A DNA stretch of 56,757 nucleotides, filler included, from Barthelona sp. PAP020 (Eukaryota), in assembly GCA_040182905.1 (NCBI GenBank). It is 3 parts of 3 records of this genome, joined end to end, with 100 filler letters (N's around TTAATTAATTAA, not from the genome) between each part and the next. Parts side by side here need not be neighbours in the genome. Positions count along the whole stretch, not along the records: positions 19,049 to 37,980 come from JARQWU010000217.1; 2 more parts are not named here. One strand, written 5' to 3'. The notes under the pieces are model-generated. The model did not search any database and was not told the origin of the DNA. It saw nothing but the letters and a program-made list of their open reading frames with translations. Within the stretch, counting starts at the first letter, position 1. Each line of letters starts with the position of its first letter. Of this stretch, positions 20,385 to 33,100 are shown piece after piece. Made by a program: the position numbers and the translations under genes.

Positions 20385-23300
20385 TTAATCTGTATCAATG
20401 GAGATACAATTATTGATGGCTATTAATAATTTTTGCCTTAAAACTTCCTTTGAAGAATATATTGGCAAAGTGAATTTAAATGAACAGGTACCTGCCGTTG
20501 GCAATCTTGTATCGTCTTCTGAGTCACTAGTATAAACATTAAAGCTTTCAGTACAAGGTTTGGGTAACCTAGATCTTCCCCACACAAATCTTAAGAAGTT
20601 GGCACGAACTCTAGGGGTCTCCTCTGTTAATATTTCTTGTAACCAAGTAATACTTTCTACTTCAGGTAAAGATGAACACAAAGAAAAAAGATAGGGGACT
20701 TCGTAATCAGCTAATCCTGAAATGAGTCTTGCTAAATCAAGTTCATTTAGCATTGAAACAGCACTCACTGGGAGAACACTAAACAAACCGGTTCTGATTT
20801 GTGTAATCATCTCCTTGAATTGTAAAGGATAAACTTCTAAAGCTTTTTCAACAAAGAGATCCTTAATCTCATACGTTAAAATAGTTGTCGCACCATTAGG
20901 AATCAATTCCATTTCATTTCCCTTTATATCCATTATTACCATTGTTTGATTGCGGACAAATTCGTTAAAATTACTGGCAGTTAAAGGAATATCATCGAAA
21001 TCAATTCCTTCTGATAAATGATATATAAATTGATACAAAGTTTCGTCAATTAGTCTTAAATGCTTCAATTCAAATGGTAACTCTAAAATTAAGGTAAATA
21101 ACACACTACTAACAGGTAATTCAACAGGATGTTCAGAAACTATTCTGCTAGCTAACAATTTTCCCATCAAAACCCAATCTTCTGCAGAAGAGTTGGGATT
21201 TGGCATCAAACTATCACGTTCTTCACCTACATTTGTCATATTATTGGTGGTTGGAACGAACAACCTTCCATCAGTTCTTAATTCATCAAACAAATTCGTT
21301 ATGATTTCATTGTAGGGTCCACCAGCATCAATACTGTGTTCTCCAGCTAGATTAACTTTGAATGGACGAGAAGTGGAACGCCAATTGGGAATTTTAATGC
21401 TATTGGAGTTGTTGCTAATTTGAGTGAATAAAGGTAAAGGTAAAGCTCCTGAAGTATCTTGAACACGACGAATTGTGATTTCAACTGGACTATTATCAGT
21501 CTTTATTGAACTAATCGAACCATGGAACAGATCTAATCTGTACATTGTTGGCAAAAGTCCACGTAAAACAGAAGGCAATTTAATAAGAGAATGTAAATTC
21601 TCTTGATTAGAGATCAATCTATTGGCAAAAGTAGTGTAATTCGAAATATTATAAGACAAGAAATGGACAAACTGGATCAAGTGATGCATCATAATGTCAC
21701 TTAACTGTAGCATTTTCAACGATTCCTCATCAATTTCAATTTGTTGGTAATATGAATTTGTGGCAGTAGAAACATTGGCTGTAGGACATTTATTTACGCA
21801 AATACCATTCAAATAACTTAACTGCTCATGATCCTTGGGTAAACTACCAACAGAAAAGATTGGTCCAAGAGGCATGTCATTAAGCAAATTGAGAACGTTT
21901 CGCCTGAATTCAATATCACCAATGAATCGATCAACTATCTTCACAAATTCCAAAAATTCGGGTTCATTGAGATTGTCTTGGGTAATCTCTTTGATTTCTC
22001 GATCCAATGTGATATATAACTTGACTCCATAAAAGTGTCCGGATCCATCTGTCTGCATTTGAATTGCAAACTTCTCATCAGTAGTTAAAGTATATCCTTT
22101 GTTGAATTTTTCAGAAAAACCCTTTTCAGAACCATCAATAAATATTTTCAAAAGGTCACATCCACTTTCTACCCTGCAAGCTGGATCAAAAAGGATAGTA
22201 TACGATTTGCTGAAACCAGCCTCAAATGTCATCGAATAATGGTAATTGTCCCTATAGTCATGATCAGTTTCAAAAACAATGAAATTTAGTGAAGGGGAAT
22301 GGATTGGATTGAAAATGGAGTAAAGTCGATGAATATCATAGAAACCTTTATTCAAATCTTCAAAATCTAATATGCCGTCCATTTGTTGTAAACAGAGGCT
22401 CTTGAAAAAGGAAGCTTTTGATGAACTTTCATCAAATCTGACAAGTTTAGGATTTAATCGATAGAATAATGATAACAAAATTGCCTCGTTAACTGTCTCC
22501 TCTGTACAAGCAGAATCTCCATCAATCTCAGTAATTTCAGTCGTAATCATAGTGTTCATCAAAGAATCAATTTTTTCAGTCATGTCTTCAGCAAAAACCA
22601 AATCAACACCAAAATCATACTTTCTAAGCAATAACTTGATGAAACATAGTGCAGTTTCCAAACGAATACTTGCTAATTCACCAATTGCATCAATTTGATT
22701 GATGTATAATCTGCTAACAAACATTTTCAAATATTGTAAGACAGAATTATCCAATTCAACATTGTTATCAATAGCCTTTCGCAAATTCGTTAAAATTGCT
22801 CTGATTGCAAGAACAGCAAATGGTTGTTTGTAATCAATTTCTCGTGTCAAAGGTATAACAGTGGCATACCAACCCCAATCAACAACGCTACCATCAGTGT
22901 GAAACGTGTAACTAAAAGAGGGGAAGTTAACGATAAGATTAGTTTGCCAACATTCATGTCCAGAACGACCAGTAAACTCTTTAATGACTGAATTATTTGG
23001 ATCAGATATTGTTAAAGTATCAGGACCTTCTTCTGTTGCACAACGTGAACTGAAAGATAGAATATAGCCAATAGAACCAGGAATGGAAACAGTTTCTGTG
23101 ATATCCAAGTTGTTGTCATAAGGATGTTGCGATTGAATGACTGTACCATTAACTCCAAAAGAGAATTGTTCGAATTCAACAATAGCTTCTTCAAGCAAAG
23201 ATTTATTTTTTCCTGAAAGGTCTGTCAAAATATTTTTCAAAGCTGGCTTCAATAAACTCAAAGACCTTCTTTCTAAGGGTATTTGGTTTGATTCTCTCAA

Positions 23301-26300
23301 AGCTTTTGAAGTGAAATCGACAATTCCACCTGAAAAGTCATAACTTGCCTCAAAAACCTTAGCAAAGAGACTTCTGAATGCTGAAGCGCCTGAAATACTC
23401 ATATCATAATAATTATTAGATATTAAACCATTAATAACATGTAAATTAACAAAGAATCTTGAATATAATGCTAATAACATGTCTCTAAAATATAATTGAC
23501 TAAACATAACTGAACTATACCATAAGAGTTCTTCATCAATTAAATTTTTTGAATTTAACATCATAAATTCATGTCCAAAAGGAATATCCAATAATTCTAA
23601 TAATTGTTTAGTCTTAGTAGGTTTATTATCAAGAGATCTAAACATCACATTCATAGAAACAACGTTATCATCAAAAGGAATAAATTTCATCTTTTCAATG
23701 CTAATTAAACAATTGTTTTTATTTGTAGAAGAGTAACTAATTGGACTATAACAAAATTTATGATCCAATTTTTCAATATATCCAAAATTTTCACAATCAT
23801 TCATTGAATCTTTGCAAATATGCTTACCAAAACTGACGTTAAAATATTCTTTTTTTGATGAATTTAATATTATTGATTTTTCAATCAAATCACTCAATAA
23901 ATCATGTCCTTTTTCAAATTTGAAATAAGGTTCCTCCATATAGTTGTTAAGCTTGAATTCAACTGTCTGTTTAAATTCGTTTTTATTTTCATATTGATAT
24001 TGACTGGCTCTGCACATATAATAAAGATGAGTACTCAATAATTTTAAAGAAGAGGTATTTATTCCTCCATAAACAATAGGAATAACCTTATCTTGACTTT
24101 CTACTGTCATTAAGTCATGTAGACATCTTAATAAGGTATTATCAAAGAAAACAGGGAATTTATCAATACCATACTCATCCAATGCTATTAATAAAATCAG
24201 CAATAAATTACCACGTAAAACATTGAAACTTTCAATAAATTTCAAATATTTAATGTCACACATAATAGGATGTTCAGCATCATTTGGAATATTTCTATCA
24301 ACCTTGTCAATTGTTTTCATTACTTTCAACAATATTTGCTGAATAGTATTGCTTCGACTCAATAAGATGTCAATATCCAATTTATAATCCTCACACCATT
24401 TTGTTCGATACACATCATTCTTTTTTATTATATTGATGTTGTTATCTCCAGTCCAAATGATCAATTCTCCTCGCATAAAATCACTACGAAGAATCTTCCC
24501 TTGTTTAATCTGTCTATCTGTTTCAGAGTCTCCAACTACATAACTTACAGTATCTCCAATAATAAGATCAGGTGAATCTAAACCTAACAGTTCAAATACA
24601 GCTTGGAATTCAGCAAATATAACAGGATTAATTTCAGGATTGACTTCGATCGTCAAAAATTCTTCAAAGATTCTATCAACCATTTGTAAAATCATGTTAT
24701 GTAAAGCGTTAGATTCTAAATCACCATTAACATCTTCAATCATTGGTTCAGGTGTCATCACCATCATCTTTCTGGTTAGAGATTTTTCAAATTCTTTTCT
24801 AGTCTTATCCTTTTGTCTTCTTTCAAGAATTAATAATTCTCTCAAGATCTTTATGCAATAATGTCCTAGAGTTTTCATATAAGTAAGGTGCATACCTGAA
24901 TTATGAACATAATTGTTATCAATATCTAAAATATAAGTACGTAACTGATATTTTTTATTAGTTTGATTAGTTTCATTTGTTGAAATAGTTAAATGTCTTG
25001 AAACACCAAGATTGAATAAAATATTAAACATTTCAAAATTTGGTTTAATCTTTAAAGCATCAATATTATTAAGGAACACATCAAATGTGATGTTTTGAAT
25101 TTCTGGAGAACAAAAAATGATAAAAATGAATAATCCAATTATCAAAGCAGAATTATTGAATTTTACTAGAACATTCTTGGGAATGATCTTTAGAATGTTT
25201 AATAAATTGATTATTTCTTCATTATAAACAGTATATATAACAGATGCATAATCAAGACTATCCTTTATTGAATTATAATGTTGTTCAATCTTTTCATCAA
25301 TTTGTAAAGGATTTAATTCTAAAATTTGAGGTAAAACATCACTTTCAATATTTTCATCTAAACTATTTTCAAAAAGTTCATTCAATTCTTTACCTAACTC
25401 ACTCAAACTATTGTTTATCAAGATTTTTTTAACATTTTTTATAAAACGATCATATATCATTGAAGAAGCAAAGTTAGCACCTTTTTGTAATCCTCTAATT
25501 TGAATCAATTTAGTGATCAACAAATAAATCTCATCATTTTCAACTTCTTTTTCAAACTTTTCTTCCAATTTGGTTTCAATATAATGAACATCAATAAGTT
25601 CTAAAATATCAATTGGTAAATCAATAAAGAATAATGGAGCTAGCATTTTTTGACTGTTTTGATTGAAATCATAAACTTCAATAACCTTTCGATAAATATT
25701 TAATAAAGTTTCATCATCTTTCATATAGTATTGATTAATTTTAAATTCAGATATATATCTCAAAGAAGATTCATTCCAATCAAATATATTATCATCATAA
25801 TCATTAAAACAAGGTTCAATAAATGTTTCATTAACGGTATATTTATCTTTTCTAAGTTTTAAATATGTTTTTGTTTGATTACATGTTAAACTTCTAAAAA
25901 ATTGAGAAATTAATGCAGAATTTAAAGTTTTTACTTTAATTTGACCAATGATTTCTTCAATTTTTTTTAATTGTTTCATTAATATAGTTTTTAATACATA
26001 TTTTTGATTAATTTTTTCAAATATTTCAAGAATATTTTGTTCACTTTTTGCTAACAATATAAACTTATCAATAAATCTTATGAATAATACATCATTTTCA
26101 ACACTTTGTAAATCTATACTTTCTCCTGTTTTTTTGAAAGAATGTTCTCCTTGTATCGTCTTAGCATTAATGGTAGGACTTGCTGGACAAAGAGAAATAA
26201 TAGAATCAGAAGGTATACCATTCTTCATAAAATTAAACGAATAATTCAATTTATCAAGAATTATTCTAGCAATTTTTGGAAAAATCTCTTTATTCTTTAA

Positions 26301-29300
26301 CTTCTTAAAACTTGGATCAGCAGCTTCTTTTATATAGATCTCTTGTAAAATATCTTTGTATTCCATGATCTTTAAAGGCGTTTCTCTTAATATCTTTTCA
26401 ATAGTCTTTAAAAGTAATACCCATCGTTCATTATCATGAACATAATCATATATTTCATCATTACACCCACTTAAATAATCTAATATAGGTCTAATCTCAT
26501 GAGATTCACATAAATGATATAAACTTAACATGATTATACTCAATCTAGCAATAATACAACATCCTTCTGCAGAAGGTACAGTTTGTATCCCTTTAATATT
26601 CTTAATATGTTCAATAAGTCTTTTATTTTCTTCAGATGTATTTAATTCATCTATATTTACACCACGAATGGAATAATTATTGACCAAATCTTCAAGTAAT
26701 GTAAAAATATCCACAAACATTTCCTTAAACTCTTTATTATGATCTGGATGTTTTGCTGAAAAAATACAAGAATTAGTGACCTGTTCTATCTCTTCATCTG
26801 TTGTTTCTTCATCATTCAATTCAATATCAATTGGTAAAATTGCCAACAAATTCCCATATAATCTAACACAACAATCTAAAATATTATATAAAGGAGAATT
26901 CTCTTGAATTCCAATTTCAATATAACCATAAACACAAACAAAAGCTTTGATACCCCAATCAGTATTGCTACCATCAGAAATGAATTTAGCTTGAAATGAT
27001 TTACCTGAAAAAGTTAAAGTTTTTGAGTATACATCTTCACCAACTCTACCTGTAATCTTTCTATCATCATCATTAGTTTCACCATCAATAAGAATTTGCA
27101 AATAATCATAATTTCTTTCTGTAGCACTCATATTATCAAAAGTAACGACAAATCTTGTGTAAGATTCATCACATATTTTGGGAAATTCATGATTCATATT
27201 ATTTTCATAAGGATGAGGAGTTTCAATTATAATATTTTGTAAAGGAGCTTCAAAACGACGTATGTTATTTTCATTTAAATTTGATTCCATTGAATCATTA
27301 CAACTATTATTTAACAAAAGAATGAAATCTAAAAGATTAATTTTCAAATTATTAAATATTTCTTCATATTTAACAGCAATTTTGCGGAAATTCACTAAAC
27401 TTAAATTTTCCAAAATAATTAACAAATATTTATAAATATATGTCTTTTTAAATTCTTCTGTATTATTGTTATTATTAGAACAAGTAGCAATGAAATGTTC
27501 TCTTGCTACAATTAAAGTCTTACTTACATCATTAATCAAATCAATCAATTTCTTTTCTATCAACTCAACATCATTCTCTTTCTTTTCTAAAGATTGAATC
27601 TCTCCAAACATTTGAATTATTCGAGAAAAATATACTTCAACAGGTTTTACTGGACAATTTGCTTTTTTCATCATTTCCATCATAATTTCGGAATATTTTT
27701 CAGAATTAATTGTGGTTTTAATTAATTCAGGATTAATTTTCAAAAAAGAATCAAAAAATTTGGTAAAATATTCTCCAAATATTCCTTTGGGTTCAGTCAA
27801 TAAAGTTTCCAAATGTTTATCAAAATTTTCAACAATATATTTTTCATCTTTCAAATTAGGGAAAAATTTTGTATTCAAAATCAAACTTAAATCAATCAAT
27901 AATTTGTTAATTTGCTTCAAATCATATTCAAATTTTAAGGTAGTAGATAATTCATGTATAAACTTTGATTCATTTTCACAAAATTCATTCAATTCATCTA
28001 AATGTTTGTTTATCAATTCTGTTGAATAATTCAAAGATTTTAGTTCATATTTTAAACATCCTAATACACTCCAATGATTAACTAAATTACATATACAACT
28101 TTTGTAAAAATCTAAATTTAAAATGGTTTGATTCTTTTTAAAGATATCTTTAGCGTAAAGACACAAATAAAAATATTGATATAACATATCTTCTTGCAGA
28201 TTTAATGCATCTGAAGCTGTTTTATCTTCAAAATAAACTCTCCACCAATCTAACATAGGATTGAAATAACACTTGGAGATTGATTTAACATTTAAAATGA
28301 AATCCAACACAATGTTTTCAACATCTCCAACAATCTCATATTTCTTTTCATTGGTATTGATATTTGTTGAAGGAATTTGCATATCAATTGTTCCAATAAT
28401 TTGATTTTTGCTTGTAGAACTTAGCAATTTCAAAGTTCTGTTGTTCATATCAGGATAACAGAAAAACAATTTACCATCTTCATAAATATTAGTAAAGTTA
28501 TTGAAAAATTCTTGAATTTTTGTATAATCATAAGTAGAATTTTTTGGATAAAGTAATTTTATCTTGTTAGATTCAACATTAAATGCTAGATATTCATGTT
28601 TATCTATATTTATAATATAAGTAAGACTATCAGCATTAATTAATTCAAAAGATTCTATAATACATTGTTTTTCTATTGAAATGACATATACATTTGATGT
28701 TTCATCAACCAAATATATATATTTTTGATCAGTTCTAGCAGAAACAAAAGATTTTGCTTCATCAAAAGTTATTTCAAACGCTTCAATCACTTCTTTATCA
28801 TAATACCCTCTTTTAAAAAATCTATAACCTTTTCCTTCATCAAAATGACTTATACCAAATACAATTTCATCAAAAAATACCATTAAAGATACATTTTCTT
28901 TTCCAAAAGGATGTTCTTCCTCATTTTCACCTTTAAAAACAGGAAAATATCCATCTTCAGTTACATAATAATATTTATTTTCATGTTCCAAACAAATATT
29001 CCCTTTAAAAACTTCAATATCTTCCCAATTATCTATATTTCCAAATTTTGAATCAATAGCAAGATTTTGTACTTTATTTGTCTGTCCAAATGCATAGAAT
29101 GATTTCTTTTCAAATGGTTCAACATTCACATTTATTTTAGATTGTTTCTCAAGCTTCTTTAACAAATAAAAATCAATCAATAAACCTAAAGGAATATTAC
29201 TCAAATTTTGTTTCAAAATACACATTATTTCAATCAATTTTAAAACTGATTCTTCATCTTCACATTCTAACAATATATCCCCATAGCATTTAACAATCTT

Positions 29301-29867
29301 TTCTCCAATACTACCTTTATTTAACGCTTCTTTAAAATTTTGAATCAAATTAATAGTTCCATTCAATATTTCAACTCGTAAATCTTTATCTAATTTTAAG
29401 ATAAATTGACTCGTTAATAAATACAAAGAAGAAGTAAAAGCAACATCCTTTTGATCAAACATTTTAGAACCATCAAATAATAATTCTTCAAAAGGTTGTT
29501 TTTTGGTAAGATCAAAAGGAGACAAACTGTGTTCAGAAGATGCTTTGGTGTGATGATCCTTTAACAAGTTTCTCATGGTCTCACAAATAGCTCTTTGTTC
29601 AAGCTTAAAATTAGTATTATCTTTTAAAAAGGTTTCTAATGATTGTAGACATTCATTCAATTCTCTGGCAGTCGATAATTCTAAAGAAATATTCTTGAAA
29701 TGTTTAATGATATTAGGGTTTGGTAAAGGGGTTTCTTCCATTTTTTGATTGAGGGGTAATAAGGATGAAACCAATCTTTTCACATATTCTATTGAAAAGT
29801 ATCTTTCCACACTAATATCAATAAATAATTGTTCATTGACATTTTCATTCAACATTAAGGGAGTCAT
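20385..29867 (-). CDS. Giant HECT E3 ubiquitin ligase (3160 aa) with three CUB-like domains
   Basis: C-terminal HECT: FKVNLAGEHSIDAGGPYNE, FLRFVWGRSRLP, LPTAGTCSFKFTLPIYSSKEVLRQKLLIAINNC. Three (E/Q)(T/S)xHxYxxN...F...TE..D.L...F.(S/T)DGS...WG modules. Confidence 0.92.
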   Translation of the reverse strand: MTPLMLNENVNEQLFIDISVERYFSIEYVKRLVSSLLPLNQKMEETPLPNPNIIKHFKNISLELSTARELNECLQSLETFLKDNTNFKLEQRAICETMRNLLKDHHTKASSEHSLSPFDLTKKQPFEELLFDGSKMFDQKDVAFTSSLYLLTSQFILKLDKDLRVEILNGTINLIQNFKEALNKGSIGEKIVKCYGDILLECEDEESVLKLIEIMCILKQNLSNIPLGLLIDFYLLKKLEKQSKINVNVEPFEKKSFYAFGQTNKVQNLAIDSKFGNIDNWEDIEVFKGNICLEHENKYYYVTEDGYFPVFKGENEEEHPFGKENVSLMVFFDEIVFGISHFDEGKGYRFFKRGYYDKEVIEAFEITFDEAKSFVSARTDQKYIYLVDETSNVYVISIEKQCIIESFELINADSLTYIINIDKHEYLAFNVESNKIKLLYPKNSTYDYTKIQEFFNNFTNIYEDGKLFFCYPDMNNRTLKLLSSTSKNQIIGTIDMQIPSTNINTNEKKYEIVGDVENIVLDFILNVKSISKCYFNPMLDWWRVYFEDKTASDALNLQEDMLYQYFYLCLYAKDIFKKNQTILNLDFYKSCICNLVNHWSVLGCLKYELKSLNYSTELINKHLDELNEFCENESKFIHELSTTLKFEYDLKQINKLLIDLSLILNTKFFPNLKDEKYIVENFDKHLETLLTEPKGIFGEYFTKFFDSFLKINPELIKTTINSEKYSEIMMEMMKKANCPVKPVEVYFSRIIQMFGEIQSLEKKENDVELIEKKLIDLINDVSKTLIVAREHFIATCSNNNNNTEEFKKTYIYKYLLIILENLSLVNFRKIAVKYEEIFNNLKINLLDFILLLNNSCNDSMESNLNENNIRRFEAPLQNIIIETPHPYENNMNHEFPKICDESYTRFVVTFDNMSATERNYDYLQILIDGETNDDDRKITGRVGEDVYSKTLTFSGKSFQAKFISDGSNTDWGIKAFVCVYGYIEIGIQENSPLYNILDCCVRLYGNLLAILPIDIELNDEETTDEEIEQVTNSCIFSAKHPDHNKEFKEMFVDIFTLLEDLVNNYSIRGVNIDELNTSEENKRLIEHIKNIKGIQTVPSAEGCCIIARLSIIMLSLYHLCESHEIRPILDYLSGCNDEIYDYVHDNERWVLLLKTIEKILRETPLKIMEYKDILQEIYIKEAADPSFKKLKNKEIFPKIARIILDKLNYSFNFMKNGIPSDSIISLCPASPTINAKTIQGEHSFKKTGESIDLQSVENDVLFIRFIDKFILLAKSEQNILEIFEKINQKYVLKTILMKQLKKIEEIIGQIKVKTLNSALISQFFRSLTCNQTKTYLKLRKDKYTVNETFIEPCFNDYDDNIFDWNESSLRYISEFKINQYYMKDDETLLNIYRKVIEVYDFNQNSQKMLAPLFFIDLPIDILELIDVHYIETKLEEKFEKEVENDEIYLLITKLIQIRGLQKGANFASSMIYDRFIKNVKKILINNSLSELGKELNELFENSLDENIESDVLPQILELNPLQIDEKIEQHYNSIKDSLDYASVIYTVYNEEIINLLNILKIIPKNVLVKFNNSALIIGLFIFIIFCSPEIQNITFDVFLNNIDALKIKPNFEMFNILFNLGVSRHLTISTNETNQTNKKYQLRTYILDIDNNYVHNSGMHLTYMKTLGHYCIKILRELLILERRQKDKTRKEFEKSLTRKMMVMTPEPMIEDVNGDLESNALHNMILQMVDRIFEEFLTIEVNPEINPVIFAEFQAVFELLGLDSPDLIIGDTVSYVVGDSETDRQIKQGKILRSDFMRGELIIWTGDNNINIIKKNDVYRTKWCEDYKLDIDILLSRSNTIQQILLKVMKTIDKVDRNIPNDAEHPIMCDIKYLKFIESFNVLRGNLLLILLIALDEYGIDKFPVFFDNTLLRCLHDLMTVESQDKVIPIVYGGINTSSLKLLSTHLYYMCRASQYQYENKNEFKQTVEFKLNNYMEEPYFKFEKGHDLLSDLIEKSIILNSSKKEYFNVSFGKHICKDSMNDCENFGYIEKLDHKFCYSPISYSSTNKNNCLISIEKMKFIPFDDNVVSMNVMFRSLDNKPTKTKQLLELLDIPFGHEFMMLNSKNLIDEELLWYSSVMFSQLYFRDMLLALYSRFFVNLHVINGLISNNYYDMSISGASAFRSLFAKVFEASYDFSGGIVDFTSKALRESNQIPLERRSLSLLKPALKNILTDLSGKNKSLLEEAIVEFEQFSFGVNGTVIQSQHPYDNNLDITETVSIPGSIGYILSFSSRCATEEGPDTLTISDPNNSVIKEFTGRSGHECWQTNLIVNFPSFSYTFHTDGSVVDWGWYATVIPLTREIDYKQPFAVLAIRAILTNLRKAIDNNVELDNSVLQYLKMFVSRLYINQIDAIGELASIRLETALCFIKLLLRKYDFGVDLVFAEDMTEKIDSLMNTMITTEITEIDGDSACTEETVNEAILLSLFYRLNPKLVRFDESSSKASFFKSLCLQQMDGILDFEDLNKGFYDIHRLYSIFNPIHSPSLNFIVFETDHDYRDNYHYSMTFEAGFSKSYTILFDPACRVESGCDLLKIFIDGSEKGFSEKFNKGYTLTTDEKFAIQMQTDGSGHFYGVKLYITLDREIKEITQDNLNEPEFLEFVKIVDRFIGDIEFRRNVLNLLNDMPLGPIFSVGSLPKDHEQLSYLNGICVNKCPTANVSTATNSYYQQIEIDEESLKMLQLSDIMMHHLIQFVHFLSYNISNYTTFANRLISNQENLHSLIKLPSVLRGLLPTMYRLDLFHGSISSIKTDNSPVEITIRRVQDTSGALPLPLFTQISNNSNSIKIPNWRSTSRPFKVNLAGEHSIDAGGPYNEIITNLFDELRTDGRLFVPTTNNMTNVGEERDSLMPNPNSSAEDWVLMGKLLASRIVSEHPVELPVSSVLFTLILELPFELKHLRLIDETLYQFIYHLSEGIDFDDIPLTASNFNEFVRNQTMVIMDIKGNEMELIPNGATTILTYEIKDLFVEKALEVYPLQFKEMITQIRTGLFSVLPVSAVSMLNELDLARLISGLADYEVPYLFSLCSSLPEVESITWLQEILTEETPRVRANFLRFVWGRSRLPKPCTESFNVYTSDSEDDTRLPTAGTCSFKFTLPIYSSKEVLRQKLLIAINNCISIDTD

Positions 29868-30118
29868 AATGAAAAGATCAGATTAAAAAAATTATAATCA
29901 GTTAAACTTTGCTTCCTCAGTAATAATTACTTTTCTTTAAATTTTTGGAAAGATTTCAAATAAGTTTAATTGTGTATCATTAATTTATATTCAAATTAAA
30001 ATTGTGAAAGAAAGAAAAAAGAAAAAAAAGATAACAAAATTAAATTTTCTTTAATTTCTTACCTTTATTGAAATAAAAATAAATAGCCAAATATTTACAT
30101 TATATAAAAATATACATT

Positions 30119-33100
30119 TTAATTGATTTGAATTATTTCATTATTAGAATCATAAAAGACATAAATTTTATCATTTACTAAAATTCCAATAGCAATAATT
30201 CCATACATTGTACAATTATTTGATAACTTTGAAGGTTTTCTAGGAATGTTTTCAACCATAATTCCATCAAAAAATTCAATAATATCATCTGTATCGTCAT
30301 TAACATTTATTGAAATTGACCCATAATTCACATGAAAACGATCACCAGAAACATTTTGAGTATCGGAGATAGTGAAATGAATTTTGCTGCAATTTCTGTA
30401 AGTAAATTTTGATTTGATCCCTGTTGCTGAAAAGTTTTCAAATTTTTTCAAGATTTCATTATTTTCAGTTTCAAAAAAATAACAACAAAAATAAACGAAA
30501 GGATACATTGGACAAAATCTTTCTACATAGGAAGTTAAAAGGATTAGTCTGATAACGTTTTCAACATAGTTGTTTGGTACTTGTTCATTAATGACTTTTC
30601 CATTTGGCAAACTTAAGATGCATTTTTTTGTAGAATTTCCGAATGTTGTGGGTGTTGAACCCAACCAATCATCAATAAAATGAGTAAACACATAGAAATT
30701 CAACGATTTATCTTCATCTTTGGAGATCTTGATGCCTATTAGTTTTGAAATATCATATGAGGTTCCGAAGCATCCCAATGGATAATTTATCAGATGTTCA
30801 AACATTGAATTTTGAATATTTTCTTCAGCAAAAACTATTTCTTTTGCATGGTATGTGTCAATTTGAAGGGGATCTAACAACGAAATATTAATATCAAAAT
30901 AATCACTGATATAATTTATCAATTCATCAGTTGTTTGTATCAAATTTAATTCTTCACGTGCTTCACATGTTTCAAAACTTTCATTCTCCATTAACATCGA
31001 TTTCAAGCATAAAATATCCAATTCGAAGTAAGATAACATCTCATTAAACCCAATGACTTTTTGCATCCATTCATCATGTTTAGTATGCGTTTTACTGTTG
31101 CTATTTGAACAATTTGGTTCGATAAATACATTATTCATGGAAATAATCGTGCTATAGGGAGAAATGTTTCCAAAAGCTATGTGTTGTTCATGATAATCTT
31201 TGACATGTCCACATACATACAAAAAGTTGTTTATGGACCAATTGTTATACAAGAAACTATAATGATTGTTCAACAAAATGCCAATTCCGTACTTTGTCAT
31301 TAAAGGTTGTCCTGTAATTGAAAAAGACCAACCATTCAATGTTCCTAAAGGTAAAACAAAAGTAAAAGGTTGATCATCTTCCTCTCTCAACAAATGAATT
31401 AGATATGAATTAGTTAATATCGTAATATCTGCTAACTGTTTGAAGACTAATGAATCCAATAAAAGGAAATCATCTTGAAGTACAGATAATAATGGTATTG
31501 TTTCAGGTTGATTTAATAAAACGCTTTCCACATGTTTAAAACAATGTAAACATTGTGGACATTTATCAAAACAATGATTACAGTAATAACCAACATGAAA
31601 ACAACCTTTCCAATATGTTAATCTTTGACCACAATTTCTACAAGAATAAAAATTGAAAGTTGTAGTTTTTAATCTGTCTATATCTTTTGTAATTGTTGAA
31701 TTTGTTGTATAAAAGATTGTATGAGGATACAATTGTTTACAAAACATCAATGTAGTATCATTATTGAATTTTGCTAAAAATTTTTCATCAATCACTTTTT
31801 TTCCTTTCAAATATTCAGATCTTTCTTTAAAACTCACTAAAAATAAACCTAAAACACATAATAACTCATAAAAACACCAAAGTTTATCATTCGACTTTTG
31901 TTGACTTTGATATTCTCTAATAATGTTTTCTAAAGGTAAAAAAGCCAATATATCAAAATCATATTCAATATCAGATGAAAAAAAAACATTTGTAAAACTT
32001 TCATTAAAACTTTCAAAAATATGACACAATTTTATGAATTGTTCATTATATGGACAATTCAATACAATTTCATAAAACGATTGATGTAAATTAACAGCAT
32101 CAAAATCTATTTCATCTTCATAATATTCTGGTATATCGATAAAAGAAAATTCTTCAATGGGTTCATTTTGTATTACTGAAAACAAACTTGGATTTTCATT
32201 GATTTCTCTTAATAAAGGAATTAACTTAAATATTTGAGAGTTTTTAGCAAAAGATTGTAAATTATAAAGATCTTGCACCAATTTTAAAGGATCAATGTTA
32301 TCCAATAAATCATCTAATGAATTTTTGGGGAAGAAATCTAATGAATAAAAAGGAGTTTTTTTAATGTTTAAAATATCATATTTGTATGTATTAGAATCAG
32401 AATTGAAAATGATTTTGGAAGATTTTGGAAGATTTTTACAAATTCTATCAAATTGTAAAAATTCTACTGGAATTTCCTTAACTTTCTTTAAAACATCTTC
32501 TAAATCTCTATCAAAAATAGTGTCTAAAAACATTTCCAATATTTTAATATTTGCAGTCTTGAATACTAACATTAAAGGAGTAATTCCTCGTTTATCTGTC
32601 CACAGAGGGTTAGAACCATATTCCAATAGCCATTTTACATCTGTTATTTTTTGTTCAATCACAGCTTTAAATAGAATCGTTCTACCATCTTCATCCAATT
32701 TGTTGAGATCAATAATATGGGAAAAAAGTCTTAGATTATCTTCATCAAAATTATTTATTTGAAAAATGATTGTATTTGGAGGTTTTTGAATTCTGTTCAA
32801 CATACAAAGATTAGTAGGACAATACTTAAATGATAACTTCCACATTTTTTCAGTGACAACCTTAATTTCTTTGAGAACAAGTGATAAACTATTAGAAGCA
32901 GCACATAATTCAATATCAAGATTTTCACGCAATAAACTATAATGTCTTTGAAAATATTCAAAATTCAAACTTATGGCAGTGTTTATCCAAGAAACAGATG
33001 TATTTTCAACTTCTTCAACTTCTTCAACATCCATCATGGAATTGAAATTTGAAATTCTATCGATGATATTGAAGATATCAAGGGAACTATATGGATTAAA

